Source of the DNA: Laetmonice hystrix
Lineage: Eukaryota
Reading direction: 5' to 3'
Length of the DNA stretch: 64,000 nucleotides
Assembly: GCA_965235115.1 (NCBI GenBank)
Contig: OZ249436.1
Span: 8,310,001-8,374,000 of the forward strand
How positions within the stretch are numbered: position 1 is the first letter of the stretch; each line of letters begins with the position of its first letter. Of the stretch, positions 42,092 to 54,515 are shown piece by piece. Position numbers and translations under genes: made by a program. The notes under the pieces were generated by a model that worked only from the letters and a program-made list of their open reading frames with translations, made no database searches and was not told where the DNA came from.

Positions 42092-42354
42092 TTTCAAGGA
42101 TGCATCGTCGGTGTGACGTATCGCACAACAGTTTCCAAACAATCCTCCAGAGGTCGCTCGTTATTGTCAGAACAGCAAGTGTAGATCTACACATGCATGT
42201 ACGCCACCGATGTAAATTTCCCACGGGGTGATGGAGGAACATAACAGTCACCGCAACGGGGTAATAAAACAGAGTTCATCCGCAAACTGTACATGTATGG
42301 AAAGGGCAAATGGAACGTTGCTCTTGTTTCGAAGTATACGTATAGCCTACACTG

Positions 42355-42521
42355 AGAGGCCATCCATAAATTATGTAGGCCTAACGTACGCTATTCTGAC
42401 CAAAATCTGACCCCCCGGCCCCGTAACGCTTTCAATGAAGCTATATGATGGACAGTAACGCTTGGACATACACCCCTCCCACCCCCACCCCCGAGCGTTA
42501 CGGGATATATGGAGGGCCCCT
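42355..42521. mobile_element. Short degenerate MITE
   Basis: Imperfect TIR AGAGGCCATCCATAAAT / ATATATGGAGGGCCCCT, with internal GTAACGC / GCGTTAC repeats. Confidence 0.55.
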
Positions 42522-42771
42522 TACGTTTGGACCCTATGTCTTCACTTCCTTGAAATCAGGATTAGAGAGAAAATCGGGAAAAGTACAAATCAGACCGCGA
42601 CAAGATAATAGCAAGTCACTGGGCGTTAAGTTATGGCGCAATTTAAAAAACATTTAAGAATATAAACTATAATATATTTTATCATGCAATCTGCAAACCT
42701 ATTGGAGATTTCGCCCCTCAAATTATCAGCAGAGTTGCATAGACTATTTTGTGATAGAGAACTAGAATTAA

Positions 42772-43308
42772 AGGGGCATATTATGAGGAAACGTGAAAAA
42801 TCAGTATTTCAAAGAACTTTTGCTGTTTTCATAAAGAGATCCTTCATTAAAATTGCTTGGTAAACAAAGACAGACTTATCAGTTTCATTTTGCGTGAGAT
42901 ATTGAAGTTTATGAAGCTCCCTTCCCCGCTTCTCTGCCGATTTCGTAAAATATCTTTTGGGTGGCATTCTGATGCCGGACGATCGAGTGCAACTGCTGAA
43001 TTGTTTACAACTAAGTGAAGCACATGACTAAGCACATGCAGAGAGTGCACACGCAGGATGTGACTCAGTATGCAATTACACGGATTGATAGGAGGTTGAT
43101 AGGATTATCTACCAATTTATGGCGGGAGATGTGCTATCGGAAGAAATCTATAGGTTTGGTCGTATATAACCTACTTGTGCTGCATACGCAGCGAAAACAC
43201 GTCGGAGGACAAAATGCTGTGGTCGGATTATTTACTTGGATCCCTAGTACACGGTCATGTTGGATAATTGCTGGAAATCCTCCAAAACGTGTTCCATAGC
43301 ATGCCCCT
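42772..43308. mobile_element. Shorter copy of the TTAA-flanked Kolobok-like element
   Basis: TTAA at 42768-42771 and 43309-43312, TIR AGGGGCATATTATG / CATAGCATGCCCCT. Homologous to both ends of 38086-39776 but lacks the Harbinger-like insert and some internal sequence. Confidence 0.82.
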
Positions 43309-43500
43309 TTAATAAATATGACCCATCATAATATTGTCCTCTTTCAGCCACTCATTGCATATTTGTTGATACGAGGATGCAAGTGTCTAAGTGTGTCTAT
43401 CTCATCATTCATTACAAGCATGATGGATGTTTCAACAATACTTGTACTTAATCGTGATTAAATTAAACAAAACGAGAATGTAACATCAGGCAGAAAAAGT

Positions 43501-43506
43501 TTTATT
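43501..43506 (-). promoter_or_regulatory. Candidate polyadenylation signal of the NACHT gene
   Basis: TTTATT on + (AATAAA on -), ~900 nt downstream of the stop codon at 44395. No transcript evidence. Confidence 0.35.
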
Positions 43507-44394
43507 CATTTTAGCCTCCTTCCGTAAGTCACCTACAAAACGACAGGCCCTGTTAGGCCCTAAGTACACCTTTCCGTACTACAACCAACTAGTAAAGCAT
43601 CATTAGGAGACATTATCTTCTGAAGCTATGATCACCATTGAAAACACCATCTTTGTTATGTGTGTCAGTCAAAAGGACTGACATCACAAATTATGCTACC
43701 AACTGGTCCCAGATGGTAGATATACATTTACATGCATTAACGGAGATATTCACTGTTAGATCATTAGAAATAAAAGCGTTGATATTATACCTGTTTCGAA
43801 TGCAATGAGAAGTAGTACCAAAAATATAATATAGTCAGCCAGAAGTAGAGTGGCCTATTGTATATTGCTGTCAAATGGTCCGCCAGTCTCGCCGACTCTT
43901 CTATCAAATCTATAGTTTCTTCAAGTGTGTAATATGTACAGAAATATGGAATTCGTCCATATCAGAATAAACGCCTCGCAATGTTCATGTGTGAATATCT
44001 GATAGAGGAGAACAGGGAGCACTTGTCCTTCGGCCACGATAAACCTGTCATCGTGTCAAATCGGGAGTTCCTGTCATCGTGTCAAAACGGGAGTTTTATC
44101 AAGCACGATATAGAGCTGATATTCGGATATATTAGTAATACCGTTTTCCTTAACATCTCTTTCAATTTTTTTTCACGGGGTTTCAAATAGCCCGTGTAAT
44201 ATTGTAAAGATATACAACGTATGATATCCGCGGCATGCAAACCCCAGGCTATGATAAAAAAAAATCGTGTTATAATACACAGACGTAGCATACAAGAAAA
44301 TGGCAAAGTCAGTCACTGCTATTTGTCTTGTTGGACTGTCTGGGATCATGTCGTATCTTGACACTGAGCGTTTGATATAGTCTTATTTTCTTTT

Positions 44395-47300
44395 TCACTT
44401 TTTGAAGGAAATCATCCTTTGCAGCGTCGTTTTGCGCTTGACAGTCTGGAAATTATGACAGTGGAATACTTTGAGATGTGAAGATGTACGAGCGCCTGCA
44501 GCTATGTTTCCCTTGGGGGAGAGCCGCATCCCCATCGGGGTAGCCTTGCGCTCCATGCGTTCATCCATGGGGCACACCGTTGTCACCTCGCCTGTTGCTA
44601 TGTCAGTGACGGTAAGTCGGTCGTCGTGGAACATGACGTGTGTATTGGTGAGCATGCCCACAATGTCGGTGCTGCCGGTGAAGGTTAAGGAAAGGTCGTT
44701 CAAGATTTCTCCGTTGGCGGCGCTCCACACCCTGCAGACACTACCCAGGGCGCAGACGCCGATGACGGCTGTGCCATCCGAAGAAAACTCCAGATCGCTT
44801 TCCTCCGGCGACGGCAGCCAAGTGCCATGTACGGTCAGCTTGTGGCATACTTTATTGTCACTGTTACGGAGAACAATCTGACCTTCGCGTTTCGCCTTGC
44901 GTGCGCTGATGACGACGCGATCAGACGCAGGCGAAACTCGCGCGTAGGAGATGGCGACGGAGGCGGCGGCAACACCGTCCCCAGTTTTAGGGTTCCACGT
45001 GACGAGAGTGTGCTCGGCAGAGCGATGGTAGGCGAGCAGCAAGCCGTTGGACGGTAGGAACGCAAGGTCGGTAATGACAGGGCGGAGATTCGCGTCCTGG
45101 TCCAACGTCCGCAGCTGGCTTCCACTACGTATGTCATACAGGTATATCTTGAAAGGGATTTGTCCGTATATGACTGCCAAGTTGTTGTCCTTAGGTGAAG
45201 CGAATCCCTTGATGGCGTGGAACTCTTCAAACTCGGGGTGTTTGTCGTGAAGGTCGTCGTAAGTCGGAAGAATCGTGACGCGATCGTTAATACGATCCCA
45301 GACCTTCAAATGATCGTCTGCATTGAAAATGAAGTTGTTGCCGTCAGCGCTTGGGAAGCACATTTCTGACGAGGTCCCGGCACCGCGGAATGATTTGAAC
45401 TGCCCGGTGACGTCACATGTTCTGTGTTTCGTGCGGGGAACGTTGGTGAAGGGTGTCGGCAGGAGCGCCATTTCTTCTTGGTGAAGATCACACATGTAGA
45501 CTGTGTACATATCTTCACTGCCCTGCTCGTCGCTACGACCCACGATGATCACCGATTCGGTCCGTGGGATGAAACAAATACTCTCCACCGTCAGTTCGGG
45601 TAGCGTGGCTAGATTAGACGCATCCTGGCTCTTCCCAATGTTTTCCAGGTCGTCTAGGTTGTAGATGTAGATTTCATCAGACGACACGAACACAAAGCTG
45701 CTTCCACCTGATAACATTTCCGAGGTTTCCTGCAGACCCCTGATCCGGAGGACGTCAGCGGCCGGCCGTTCAATGTTCCCGGTTCTCCACACGTGAATTA
45801 AGGCGCTCTCAGTCGTGTTGTACCAACGGCAGCAAGCGACGGCGTCCTCGTGTGCGGCAAACAGTGACGACATCTCGGTCTCATCCCAGCGGTGACTCGC
45901 CTTGTTGGACACCTCGCGGTAGTTCCAGTAGTCAGACACCACGGACACGTGGTGTACGCTGGCCTTGGTCGTGTGGGCTGACCGGATTCCGCCGCCTAGC
46001 AGAACTGTCTGGTCGCCAACGAAAAGGCACTTGGTGATCTCGTCGTTAGTGACATCAATGCTGTTCATCACCTGGAACTTGGATATGTTCCAGACAATGA
46101 TCCTCAACTGTGGCTTTGGCGATTGTTTCACGCATGCACACACGTAGGACTTGTCCTTGGCGACAGCACAGGCCTTGATGCCGAATTGAGCACTGCCCCC
46201 GTACCGGTACCGTAGGATTTCGATCGTCTTCAAACACTTCTTGGTTCGCATGTCAAAGATGCAGAGATGCAGAGACTTTCCTCCCCACGGGAATGTTGTC
46301 AACCCACAGGCGAAATGCTTCGCTGACACATCAGCGCATTCAATGGAGAACTTGTCTTTCAGATCAATCCCCTGAACATCAAACCCACTCGGGGAATACT
46401 TCCCTCGCGATGTCAACAACGTTGTGAGGGACCCAACGAATATATTGTTACTGTCTGGGAAGAATTTGGCAAGGAGACCTACCCGGTCATTCAGAGTTTT
46501 TATATCGATGGGTTGAACCTTTTCATCCCCGGTCGCTGGATTTATGATATGTAGTTTGACGTTGTAGTCGTCATCCTTACTGACAGCAGCAATTGATTTA
46601 CCGTCGGCGGAAACATCAATGGCGCGTATTATTCCTCCAAGTTTTTTGACGATGCAATATGTCTCTGGAATTGCAGTAACATCTTCGATCCAGCCTCGCC
46701 CCTCGAGTTCCACCCTGGCGTTCTGCTGGATGCGTTCAATATTCGAATAGTTTGCTGCGATTTGCAAGAGGTTGATTGGGCACTGCTGAATGTCCTGCTT
46801 TTTATCGCTGAGGAACTTCTTATAGGAGCGGATCTGCTCGAGAAGCTTGGGGTGACGTTTCATGTACTCGATGAGTGACACGTGTTTGGTGGCTCCTGCC
46901 TTGTTTATCTGAATGTGTTCGTGGCGGTAGTCGTCGTAAATGTGTTCTACTTTAACTCCAGGTACCTGTAACTTTGCCTGGATATATCTCAGACTACACA
47001 GAATCCGAGCAAGACTTTCTTGTTGTTTTGTTGTGTCAACAAGGTGATAGATGACGTGTTTCAGGGCGTATTGCCGAAGCGGCGAGTCCCCTTCCTGTGC
47101 CTGCTGTCTTTGTTGTTGTTTTTGCGTATCTTCATCGGCCAAAATGTCGCCTAGCCATTGAAGGCAGAGCGACGCTATCTGGTCCCGTCCAGAGACCAGT
47201 TCCACCCCACAGTGCCCTGAAGCGTGGTCGTCCAGGAGCCACTCACCAATAGCTTTGTGGCAGAAGCTGATCCTGTTGTTCTCAACCAAAAGCACGTCCA

Positions 47301-48633
47301 TGATATCCGACAGTGCTGACGTAACATCCTGGAAGTTACTGTGCAGCACATCACAGACAAATTCGGTCGGGAGCGGTTCTTGGGCCACAACAAGAGCAGA
47401 GAGAATGGAGGCGTAGGCGCGCTTGTGAACTCCGTCGTGAACTATGGTGCTCAGTGTGTCCATCAAGTTTGTGAACATCTCTCTACACACCCCAGACAAG
47501 GACGACTGGAACATAGGCACGATCTCCCTCATGGCGATCTTCTTGCCAGCCGGCATGACGTCGAGCTTCTTTTTCAAGAGGGTTGCACAGAGGAACGAGC
47601 CCTCGGTTTTCTTGGCGAGTTGTGTTAGTCCTCCATCAAGACTGATCCTGTCCATGAACCTACCCATGGGTTCCTTGAAGTAACGCTTGATGTCGACGAT
47701 GTTGTCATTGGAGCTGTACCTCAGTTCCATGGTATGAAGTCCATCTGGCGCCGAGAATATCCGGCTATCGTTCCTGCACGTTACAAGAAGATGAAGCCAG
47801 TCTGGAGCATGCTCGTTCATGTTCTTGATAGTTTCCAGAACGAGATCACGGTCCAGGAAGTTGCACTCGTCTATGGCATCTATGATGATCATCATGTGTT
47901 TCTCTGGGTCGTGTTCCAAGCCTGGTGACGTCAGGGGCGCATACAACAGGGCGTCGTACAACTCCGACACGTCGCCATGAGAAACCAACTGCTCCAGCTT
48001 GTCCAGCTTAGGCAGCATGTTTATGTAGTTGGGAAAGACGTCACAGAAGCCGTGGGCGAGTGAAATCACCACAGACCTCAAGTGGTTGTGATGTAGGTTC
48101 GGGTTGTTGTACTCGAAGAAGTGGTACCCTGCCACCTTGTCGCCATGGCGCTTACACAACTCGGCAACCAAACACGACTTGCCGATTCCCGTCGGTCCTG
48201 TGATCAAGGACACCCGGGGGATGGTCGCCTCCTCCCCGCCTGCCAGCCACTTCTCCACCGTGTTCATGATCCTCTGGCGTGTGTTGGGGCACAGCTCGTG
48301 TCGGTTCATGATAGTCTTGTTGGCCTCGCTGAAGTCGTACAGGAGAGCCTTTATCATGCGCCTCAGGTTTTTGCGCACGACTGGCTCTGTCTCTGTCTCT
48401 GGTTCCTCCTCTTCCTCCTCATCTTCTTCATCGGGCAACTCGACGTCACAAAGCTCGGCTTCTATTTCGGGGCTCTCAATAGGGGGTGAGGCGTCTGTCG
48501 ACTCGGTCAGTTGGACCCCCTCGGGTGTGGAAGGGGAGGATGTTGGCTCTCCAGGAGAAATGACCACCTTGGCGTCCACGTGACCGCTCATGTTGGTCTC
48601 GTCGTGTCTGTGTCGGCCGTTCATGAGAGGTGG
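44395..48633 (-). CDS. Terminal 4.2-kb coding exon: NACHT-type (STAND) P-loop NTPase with helical/winged-helix region and probable divergent WD40 beta-propeller C-terminus
   Basis: 1409-aa ORF. Walker A LITGPTGIGKS, Walker B MIIIDAIDEC, sensor-like LLVTCR, winged-helix FCHKAIGEWL, YALKHVIYHL motif. The C-terminal half has WD-like strands (IDVSADGKSIA, DLAFLPSNGLL, LEFSSDGTAV, CRVWSA). Acceptor TTTCTTTACAG lies 9 nt upstream of the ATG, in frame (phase 0). Confidence 0.9.
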   Translation of the reverse strand, partial: PPLMNGRHRHDETNMSGHVDAKVVISPGEPTSSPSTPEGVQLTESTDASPPIESPEIEAELCDVELPDEEDEEEEEEPETETEPVVRKNLRRMIKALLYDFSEANKTIMNRHELCPNTRQRIMNTVEKWLAGGEEATIPRVSLITGPTGIGKSCLVAELCKRHGDKVAGYHFFEYNNPNLHHNHLRSVVISLAHGFCDVFPNYINMLPKLDKLEQLVSHGDVSELYDALLYAPLTSPGLEHDPEKHMMIIIDAIDECNFLDRDLVLETIKNMNEHAPDWLHLLVTCRNDSRIFSAPDGLHTMELRYSSNDNIVDIKRYFKEPMGRFMDRISLDGGLTQLAKKTEGSFLCATLLKKKLDVMPAGKKIAMREIVPMFQSSLSGVCREMFTNLMDTLSTIVHDGVHKRAYASILSALVVAQEPLPTEFVCDVLHSNFQDVTSALSDIMDVLLVENNRISFCHKAIGEWLLDDHASGHCGVELVSGRDQIASLCLQWLGDILADEDTQKQQQRQQAQEGDSPLRQYALKHVIYHLVDTTKQQESLARILCSLRYIQAKLQVPGVKVEHIYDDYRHEHIQINKAGATKHVSLIEYMKRHPKLLEQIRSYKKFLSDKKQDIQQCPINLLQIAANYSNIERIQQNARVELEGRGWIEDVTAIPETYCIVKKLGGIIRAIDVSADGKSIAAVSKDDDYNVKLHIINPATGDEKVQPIDIKTLNDRVGLLAKFFPDSNNIFVGSLTTLLTSRGKYSPSGFDVQGIDLKDKFSIECADVSAKHFACGLTTFPWGGKSLHLCIFDMRTKKCLKTIEILRYRYGGSAQFGIKACAVAKDKSYVCACVKQSPKPQLRIIVWNISKFQVMNSIDVTNDEITKCLFVGDQTVLLGGGIRSAHTTKASVHHVSVVSDYWNYREVSNKASHRWDETEMSSLFAAHEDAVACCRWYNTTESALIHVWRTGNIERPAADVLRIRGLQETSEMLSGGSSFVFVSSDEIYIYNLDDLENIGKSQDASNLATLPELTVESICFIPRTESVIIVGRSDEQGSEDMYTVYMCDLHQEEMALLPTPFTNVPRTKHRTCDVTGQFKSFRGAGTSSEMCFPSADGNNFIFNADDHLKVWDRINDRVTILPTYDDLHDKHPEFEEFHAIKGFASPKDNNLAVIYGQIPFKIYLYDIRSGSQLRTLDQDANLRPVITDLAFLPSNGLLLAYHRSAEHTLVTWNPKTGDGVAAASVAISYARVSPASDRVVISARKAKREGQIVLRNSDNKVCHKLTVHGTWLPSPEESDLEFSSDGTAVIGVCALGSVCRVWSAANGEILNDLSLTFTGSTDIVGMLTNTHVMFHDDRLTVTDIATGEVTTVCPMDERMERKATPMGMRLSPKGNIAAGARTSSHLKVFHCHNFQTVKRKTTLQRMISFKK

Positions 48634-48800
48634 CTGTAAAGAAAGGGCAATATTTTTGGTAACTGATATATTAAATGTCCATGTGGCTTGGACGCGATAA
48701 AGAATATGTTACGTATGTTTTATTACCATGCACTGCAGAAATTACTTTCTTTTATACAACTATGTAAATACAAAAAAGGCCCACGGGTAACTCGACTCAC

Positions 48801-48874
48801 CCTCATATCTTCCTGTTCGGTGATAAGGAGCGGTGTTAGAGGGGAAGGTGGTGGCGATGAAGTGGCTGGGGATG
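48801..48874 (-). CDS. 74-nt internal coding exon (ASPATSSPPPSPLTPLLITEQEDMR)
   Basis: Acceptor CATTACAG and donor GTGAGT. Starts in phase 1 and ends in phase 0, matching both neighbouring exons. Confidence 0.8.
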
Positions 48875-49017
48875 CTGTAATGATATAATATCCATAATAT
48901 GTGTACTGCCTAACACAAAAAGTTATCATTATCAACATAACAGAAATATCATTAGTTTGTTTCTATAAAAAATTTAGAAATTTGATAAACGAAGGCAACA
49001 TAACAGTACCGGACTAT

Positions 49018-52000
49018 TAGTGGGGTGCTACTTGTCATTCCGTACGATTTTTGTGCTCATTTTGAGTTAGGGGTGGATTTCGTATCTTTAGGGGTGGTAT
49101 GAACGGAAAATCATAGGGTTCAATTTTTTGACCCCTTTTAGCCTCGTTTTCGCTCAATTCAAAATGGCTGCCACCCCAAATGGATTTGGACATATCTCAA
49201 CAACCCCTTGGCCGATTTTTACGATCTTGAACTCGATTCTGGGGGTTTCGAGCATGCCGACTCCATTTCTAACATTTTCGAAAACCAAGATGGCCGCCAA
49301 ATCCAAGATGGCCGCCATGAAACCCGGAAGTAGCTCTGTTTAGGGCACCAGAGTGCCGAATTTTAAGATTTAGACTCGAATGTGGGGCTCACAATAGTTC
49401 TGAATCGACTTATGACATTTTTGAAAATCAAGATGGCCGCCAAATCCAAGATGGCCGCCAACGAAACCGATAAAAGCCTAATTTTCGCTCACACGGCAAA
49501 AAGGATTTGGCCATAGGCCTATCTCAGCAACACCTTGGCCGAATTTTACGATCTTGAACTCGATTTTGGGGTTTTTGAGGATGCCGAGTCCATTGCTGAC
49601 ATTTTCGAAAACCAAGATGGCCGCCAAATCCAAGATGGTTGCCATGAAATCCGAAAGTAGCCCTGTTTTGGCCACCAGAGCCTTTATCGAGTTTTAACCT
49701 CGATTGTGGGGTTTGTGATTGTGCTGAATCGACTTATGACATTTCCGAAAATCAAGATGGCCACCAAATCCAAGATGGCCGCCAACAAAACCGATATTGA
49801 AAATCAATGATATTGCCTAAAACAATTGCATACTATGGTACGATTTATGAGCCCAACTTTATTCCATAATGTCACTTTGAATATTATTGTGGTCATGGAG
49901 TGTGACGTAAATCGATGTCTCGAAGTACAACTAATAAACTGCATTCTATACACTATAAGGACGGATAATCAGCTACCCAAATACATCTGAATATAGCATG
50001 ACATCAAGAACGTCCATACTGTGCATGTAGGTCAACATGAATATACACTTATAACTGAATATTCTAGGCTGGAGTAATTATTCATCCAGTTGATCCTCGT
50101 CCTCCCCTTCCTCTATATCCATATGGTAGTCCCGGATGTTGCTACACCCGCCCTCGTAGCACTTGCACAGTGGTGTACAAGATAACCCATTCTTGTGGCA
50201 CAAACAGTTTCCCTTACATCCCCCGTGACACCCACATTTCACCATTTCAATAACCCCGTGAGGGGCAGGGGGAACGAGGCATGTGACTGGTTGTCCATTT
50301 GACCACCCGTTTCCTTCGAGAGAGGGGTGGCAGTAGAGTAGCCCTTGTCCCGCATGGCCACCAGGTTTGCCCGCTGGATGTGAGGTATGAGAGTAGCACG
50401 TGTCGGAGGGAGCATTTCGCTTTCTAGGTTTTTGGACCTGAAAAGCTCCCATCGGAGTTGGCTGAGGTTTCGATGCGTGCTACTAGGAGCATAGACCTGA
50501 CACACGAATGCCTCCAGATGTTTTGCAACATCCCCATCTTGTGTGTGTGTGATATCCATGGGCCCGTCTCCCAAGCGACTGAACACTTGGAGAATGGGGC
50601 TGCCATCCACTAGGCATAGGTAGGCGGAGACCAACCTCTTCTTGCTCATGCCCACGAATTTGCCACCCCAATCCGCACCAGTAAAATTGTGGAATCCAAC
50701 GAGACCTTGTGCATGAGAGCGTCCGATGGCAAGGACTCGTTCATGCACATCAATCTTGCGCAGGTTGCCCCCCTTGCCCGTGATGAGCAGCAGCTTGGTG
50801 CATGTTCCTAAGTGTCCTCGCGACACAAGGTCCATAAGTATGACCAGAACGTCTGTGTCAGGAGACCACACGTGCACCTCCCGAAACATGCACTGCTTAA
50901 GGCTGAGTAGCACGTGCAGGGGTATGAGGGTGTCGGCTTCTTCATGGTTGTGGGGTTGGCGATCAGGAGGCAGTCCAAGACGTCTGGTCACAGACATGGT
51001 GTCATAAACCACGACAAGATGTATTGCACCATCTATACACTCCAGCAGAGCATTCGCGAGATGACAGCTGAACCTGCGCTTCGTAGCTGTAGAGGACAGT
51101 AGCTCTTTTAGCGATATATTGTTGATAGCCATGTGATCATGGATTTCATGCCCATCAGCTTCCGCAGCAGCAGTCAATGTCGCCCGTTTCCTTCTTGTCT
51201 GCGCTTTCAAACCACCACTGGCGTAGTGGTCGAAAACGACCCGGACCTCAGAATAACCTCTCGCCATCCGCTGCACGCGTGCTACAAATGCTGTCGACAG
51301 GTGGAGGATTGTCACCATGGTTGGAGTTTTTTTCATGGATTGTACCACTGCCATCGCATCTATGATGAGCGTCAGAGGGGCACGGCTATCAGCAGGGTGG
51401 CAGAGGCAGGTAGGGACGGAGTCTGGGTAACCGGGGTCTCGGCAGCTTCTACGGGAGATCTTCACGGAGCTTAACAACCTTGTCCCCAACCTTCACCTTT
51501 GTCTTCGTCCAGTTGGAGAAGCTTTTCAGTTTCAGTTTCTTCATTGGGTCCCAGATGGATTGCTCAGATGACGTTAGGAGCCGACTGGTTACGAAGGCCT
51601 TATACGCTTCCTGACCCTTTCTCTGCGTAGTGCAGGATATCGGGTTTGACTGCTTCCGGGATTATTGTAGAGGCGATGATGATCTTTAGAGGAGCGGTAG
51701 TCACAAAGGGGTTGCCTAGACAATGTAACAGCATGGCATCACGCAGTTTCAGTGTGTTCTTGCTCGAGCGCACGGCGACATTCCCGGTGAGTTGGTAGTG
51801 TTCGTTCTTGATGCTAACCTTGGATGATGGGAAGCTACTAATGAAGTGTTGGACCATCCTGGTGAGGTGGGGAGCTGTCGTCAGAAGGGGGTCCAACGCA
51901 GCCTCGTCTTGTGCGAGTTCCACCAAACCACCTTGACCCTTCAGATCCCTGATCTTCTGCTCAAGGTTTTGGTTGGTGAACAGAGATGTGAAGGGGATTG

Positions 52001-53677
52001 ACGACTTTGTCACGACGAAGGCTCCAGCCTGTAGAGCCTTCTACGTTGCTGGGTCTTGGAGTTCAAGCTTGTTAAGCTGGGCGAGGTGGAGGGGCATGAG
52101 TCGAGCATAGTTGAGGAGGTCGGCATAGTTGAGGAGAAGTAGTATTTAATCTGATTATCCAGACTGGCTAGATAACCAAGCCAATCTCCTTGGCGACAGG
52201 TTGCAATGAGCTGCAGGAGGGCTTCAACCTGCTCGAGGTAGAGGTTGAAGAATGCAGCTAGCTCACCGGTCTCTCCCAGCTGACTCTCCAGGTGACTGGC
52301 ATAGTAGCCTTCCAGGTCAGCGTAGAGGTGGTGTAGGTCAGATTTCGTTGATGAAGGGCCTCTCGCAGCTGCTGGCACTGGATGCGGATGGGTCCGGGAG
52401 GAAAATCCCCTAGTGTTGCTTCAAACTTCATCATCATTATAGCAGAAGCCATCATGATGTGGTACTCGATGCCACGCTTGTAGGCCTTGCCAGCATAGAT
52501 GCCGCGTAGAGCTGCGGAGCTGTAGACTCCTGTCTCCACCGCCACAGTGTCCATCCCGCTTCCTTCCACCGTTTTTCAGAGGGCGTGTAGAGCTGCGAAG
52601 CTGATGTGGAGCACACCAGCCATTAACACCCAGTTTGTGTTGTGGACTGACTCTTGTAACTGGATCGCACGATTATACAAGTCGAGATCAAGCGTTATGA
52701 GAGTTCTTCATGCCGGTCCGATGGCCACTGCGGAGATATTTTGAGACAGTTTGAGAGCAGTAGGCCTATATAGCGTGGCAGGATCAGTTGGTGGCTTTTT
52801 CAATAATGGGGCGATGACCTCAGACATCATCTCCGGAGGAGTCTCATTAGCTAAGAGTAGGGATCTTGTGGCAGCCCATGTTGGCATGACGTCATGCTTG
52901 TTGAGAGTGGGATCCCCGAAGTGTTGATTCTGCCTCTTACATTGATAATAGGACTAGAGGTCGCCGAGGTCGAGCTCTTCTTAGAGTGAACAGACTATAA
53001 TTATGACGTCATCGTCGCAATGGTAATAGAACAATAGGAAGTGAAAGTGACGCCACAATCAACAATTAGTTACGACCAGTTACGGTGATTTCCAGGGAAT
53101 ACGTCGCTTGTGGCAATGGCTAAACTTTATTACATCCCCCACCAAGCCTATTGTGTCTGGTTTCAATGCTGGAGAGCACACGCTGATTTGTAGCCCCTGA
53201 CAGATCTATTTCTGGTTTCGTTGGCGGCCATCTTGGATTTGGCGGCCATCTTGATTTTCGAAAATGTCTTAAGTCGATTCAGAACCATTGCAAGCCCCAC
53301 ATTCGAGTCTAAAAACATAAAAATCGGCACTCTGCTGCCCTGAACAGATCTATTTCCGGGGTTTATGGTGGCCATCTTGGATTTGGCGGCCATCTTGGAT
53401 TTCGAAAATGTCAGAAATGGACTTGGCATACTCGAATCTCCTAGAATCGAGTTCAAGATCGTAAAAATCGGTCAAGGGGTTGTTGAGATATGCCCAAATC
53501 CATTTTGGGGTGGTAGCCATTTTGAATTGATCGAAAAAGAGGCTAAAAGGGGTCAAAAAAATTGAACCCTATGATTTTCCGTTCATACCACCCCTAAAGA
53601 TACAAAATCCACCCCAAACTCAAAATGAGCACAAAAATCGCACGGAACTGATTTTTGTGACATCTAGCACCCCACTA
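49018..53677 (-). mobile_element. Academ-family DNA transposon, 4660 bp, intronic, decayed
   Basis: Termini TAGTGGGGTGCTA / TAGCACCCCACTA, ~450-bp imperfect TIRs (49018-~49470 vs ~53213-53677), 3-bp TSD TAT (49015-49017, 53678-53680). Contains internal transposase fragments. Confidence 0.9.
50078..52890 (-). pseudogene. Frameshifted Academ transposase with XPG-like nuclease region and C-terminal Cys-rich finger
   Basis: Fragments in several frames: MPTWAATRS, ITLDLDLYNRAIQ, GKAYKRGIEYH, IIDAMAVVQ, VVFDHY, HEEADT, SPDTDV, FHNFTGAD, LPPTRATLIPHIQRAN, CGCHGGCKGNCLCHKNGLSCTPLCKC. Multiple stops and frameshifts. Confidence 0.85.
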
Positions 53678-54271
53678 TATATACGTACAGGAAGTAGAGG
53701 CCTTTGTGTTGCTAATTCACTACTCGTGACAAAACCAATATCAATCAAGTGTCAATGTATTTAATCTCCCTGATCTCACCATCAGGGCTGGGTATTCTAA
53801 GGCATTCTGTATGGCGCCGACACAAAGGTCTGTATAACAGGTAATTCATCACCAAGATTACAATAACACCATATGGAGCCAACCCACACTTACGGCGAGG
53901 AGATCATTTTTCCACCCCATTATGCCTTTCGTGTCTGCAGCTTAAATGGGACCCATGGTTATGTGTTAGAGCTTAATAAATTCGCCGATACGACCACAAA
54001 CGAAATATAGCTACGCCAGGGGGCTTCAATTTCAAGGTTAAAAAAAAAGCCACCAGGAATGTTTATTAGCATATATTCTATTTTTTCATTATCTTGTCAT
54101 AATGTAAATAATGATAACCATAGGGGGAAACTTCCATGGCATCATCCGAGTTATGACTCTGCTAATCTAGAATTTTTAACCTGTTGAATCTCTCTGTCGG
54201 CTCTGTGATGCTATGCTCCCTGATAACGCCACATCAAGGAAATGAGTTTCTACAGATCCACATACATTCCC

Positions 54272-54484
54272 TCGAGGCGGATCCAGGGGAGTTTCGACCG
54301 TTTTCCGGAAACCAGTCAAAGGTTTATCTCTCCCCTCCCAACAATGGACATGGACTTTTCTTGCCTAAAACGCAATAAAGCACTCCAAATTTTCAATTTC
54401 TTCTGGGGAAACATGCCCCACGCCCCGGACCCCCTAGCTCGCCCATATATTAGAAGTCAAGAAACAGCTCTGGATCCGCCCCTG
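54272..54484. mobile_element. Degenerate short hAT-like MITE
   Basis: GGCGGATCCAG ... CTGGATCCGCCCCTG inverted ends resembling the TIR of 40981-41320. No clean TSD. Confidence 0.55.
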
Positions 54485-54515
54485 TCTCCCTCCTTATTAC
54501 TTAAACTACACTAAC

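Noticed and set aside
44471..48583. Plus-strand and alternate-frame ORFs overlapping the 1409-aa ORF
   Set aside because: Shadow ORFs of a GC-rich coding exon, with no independent motifs.
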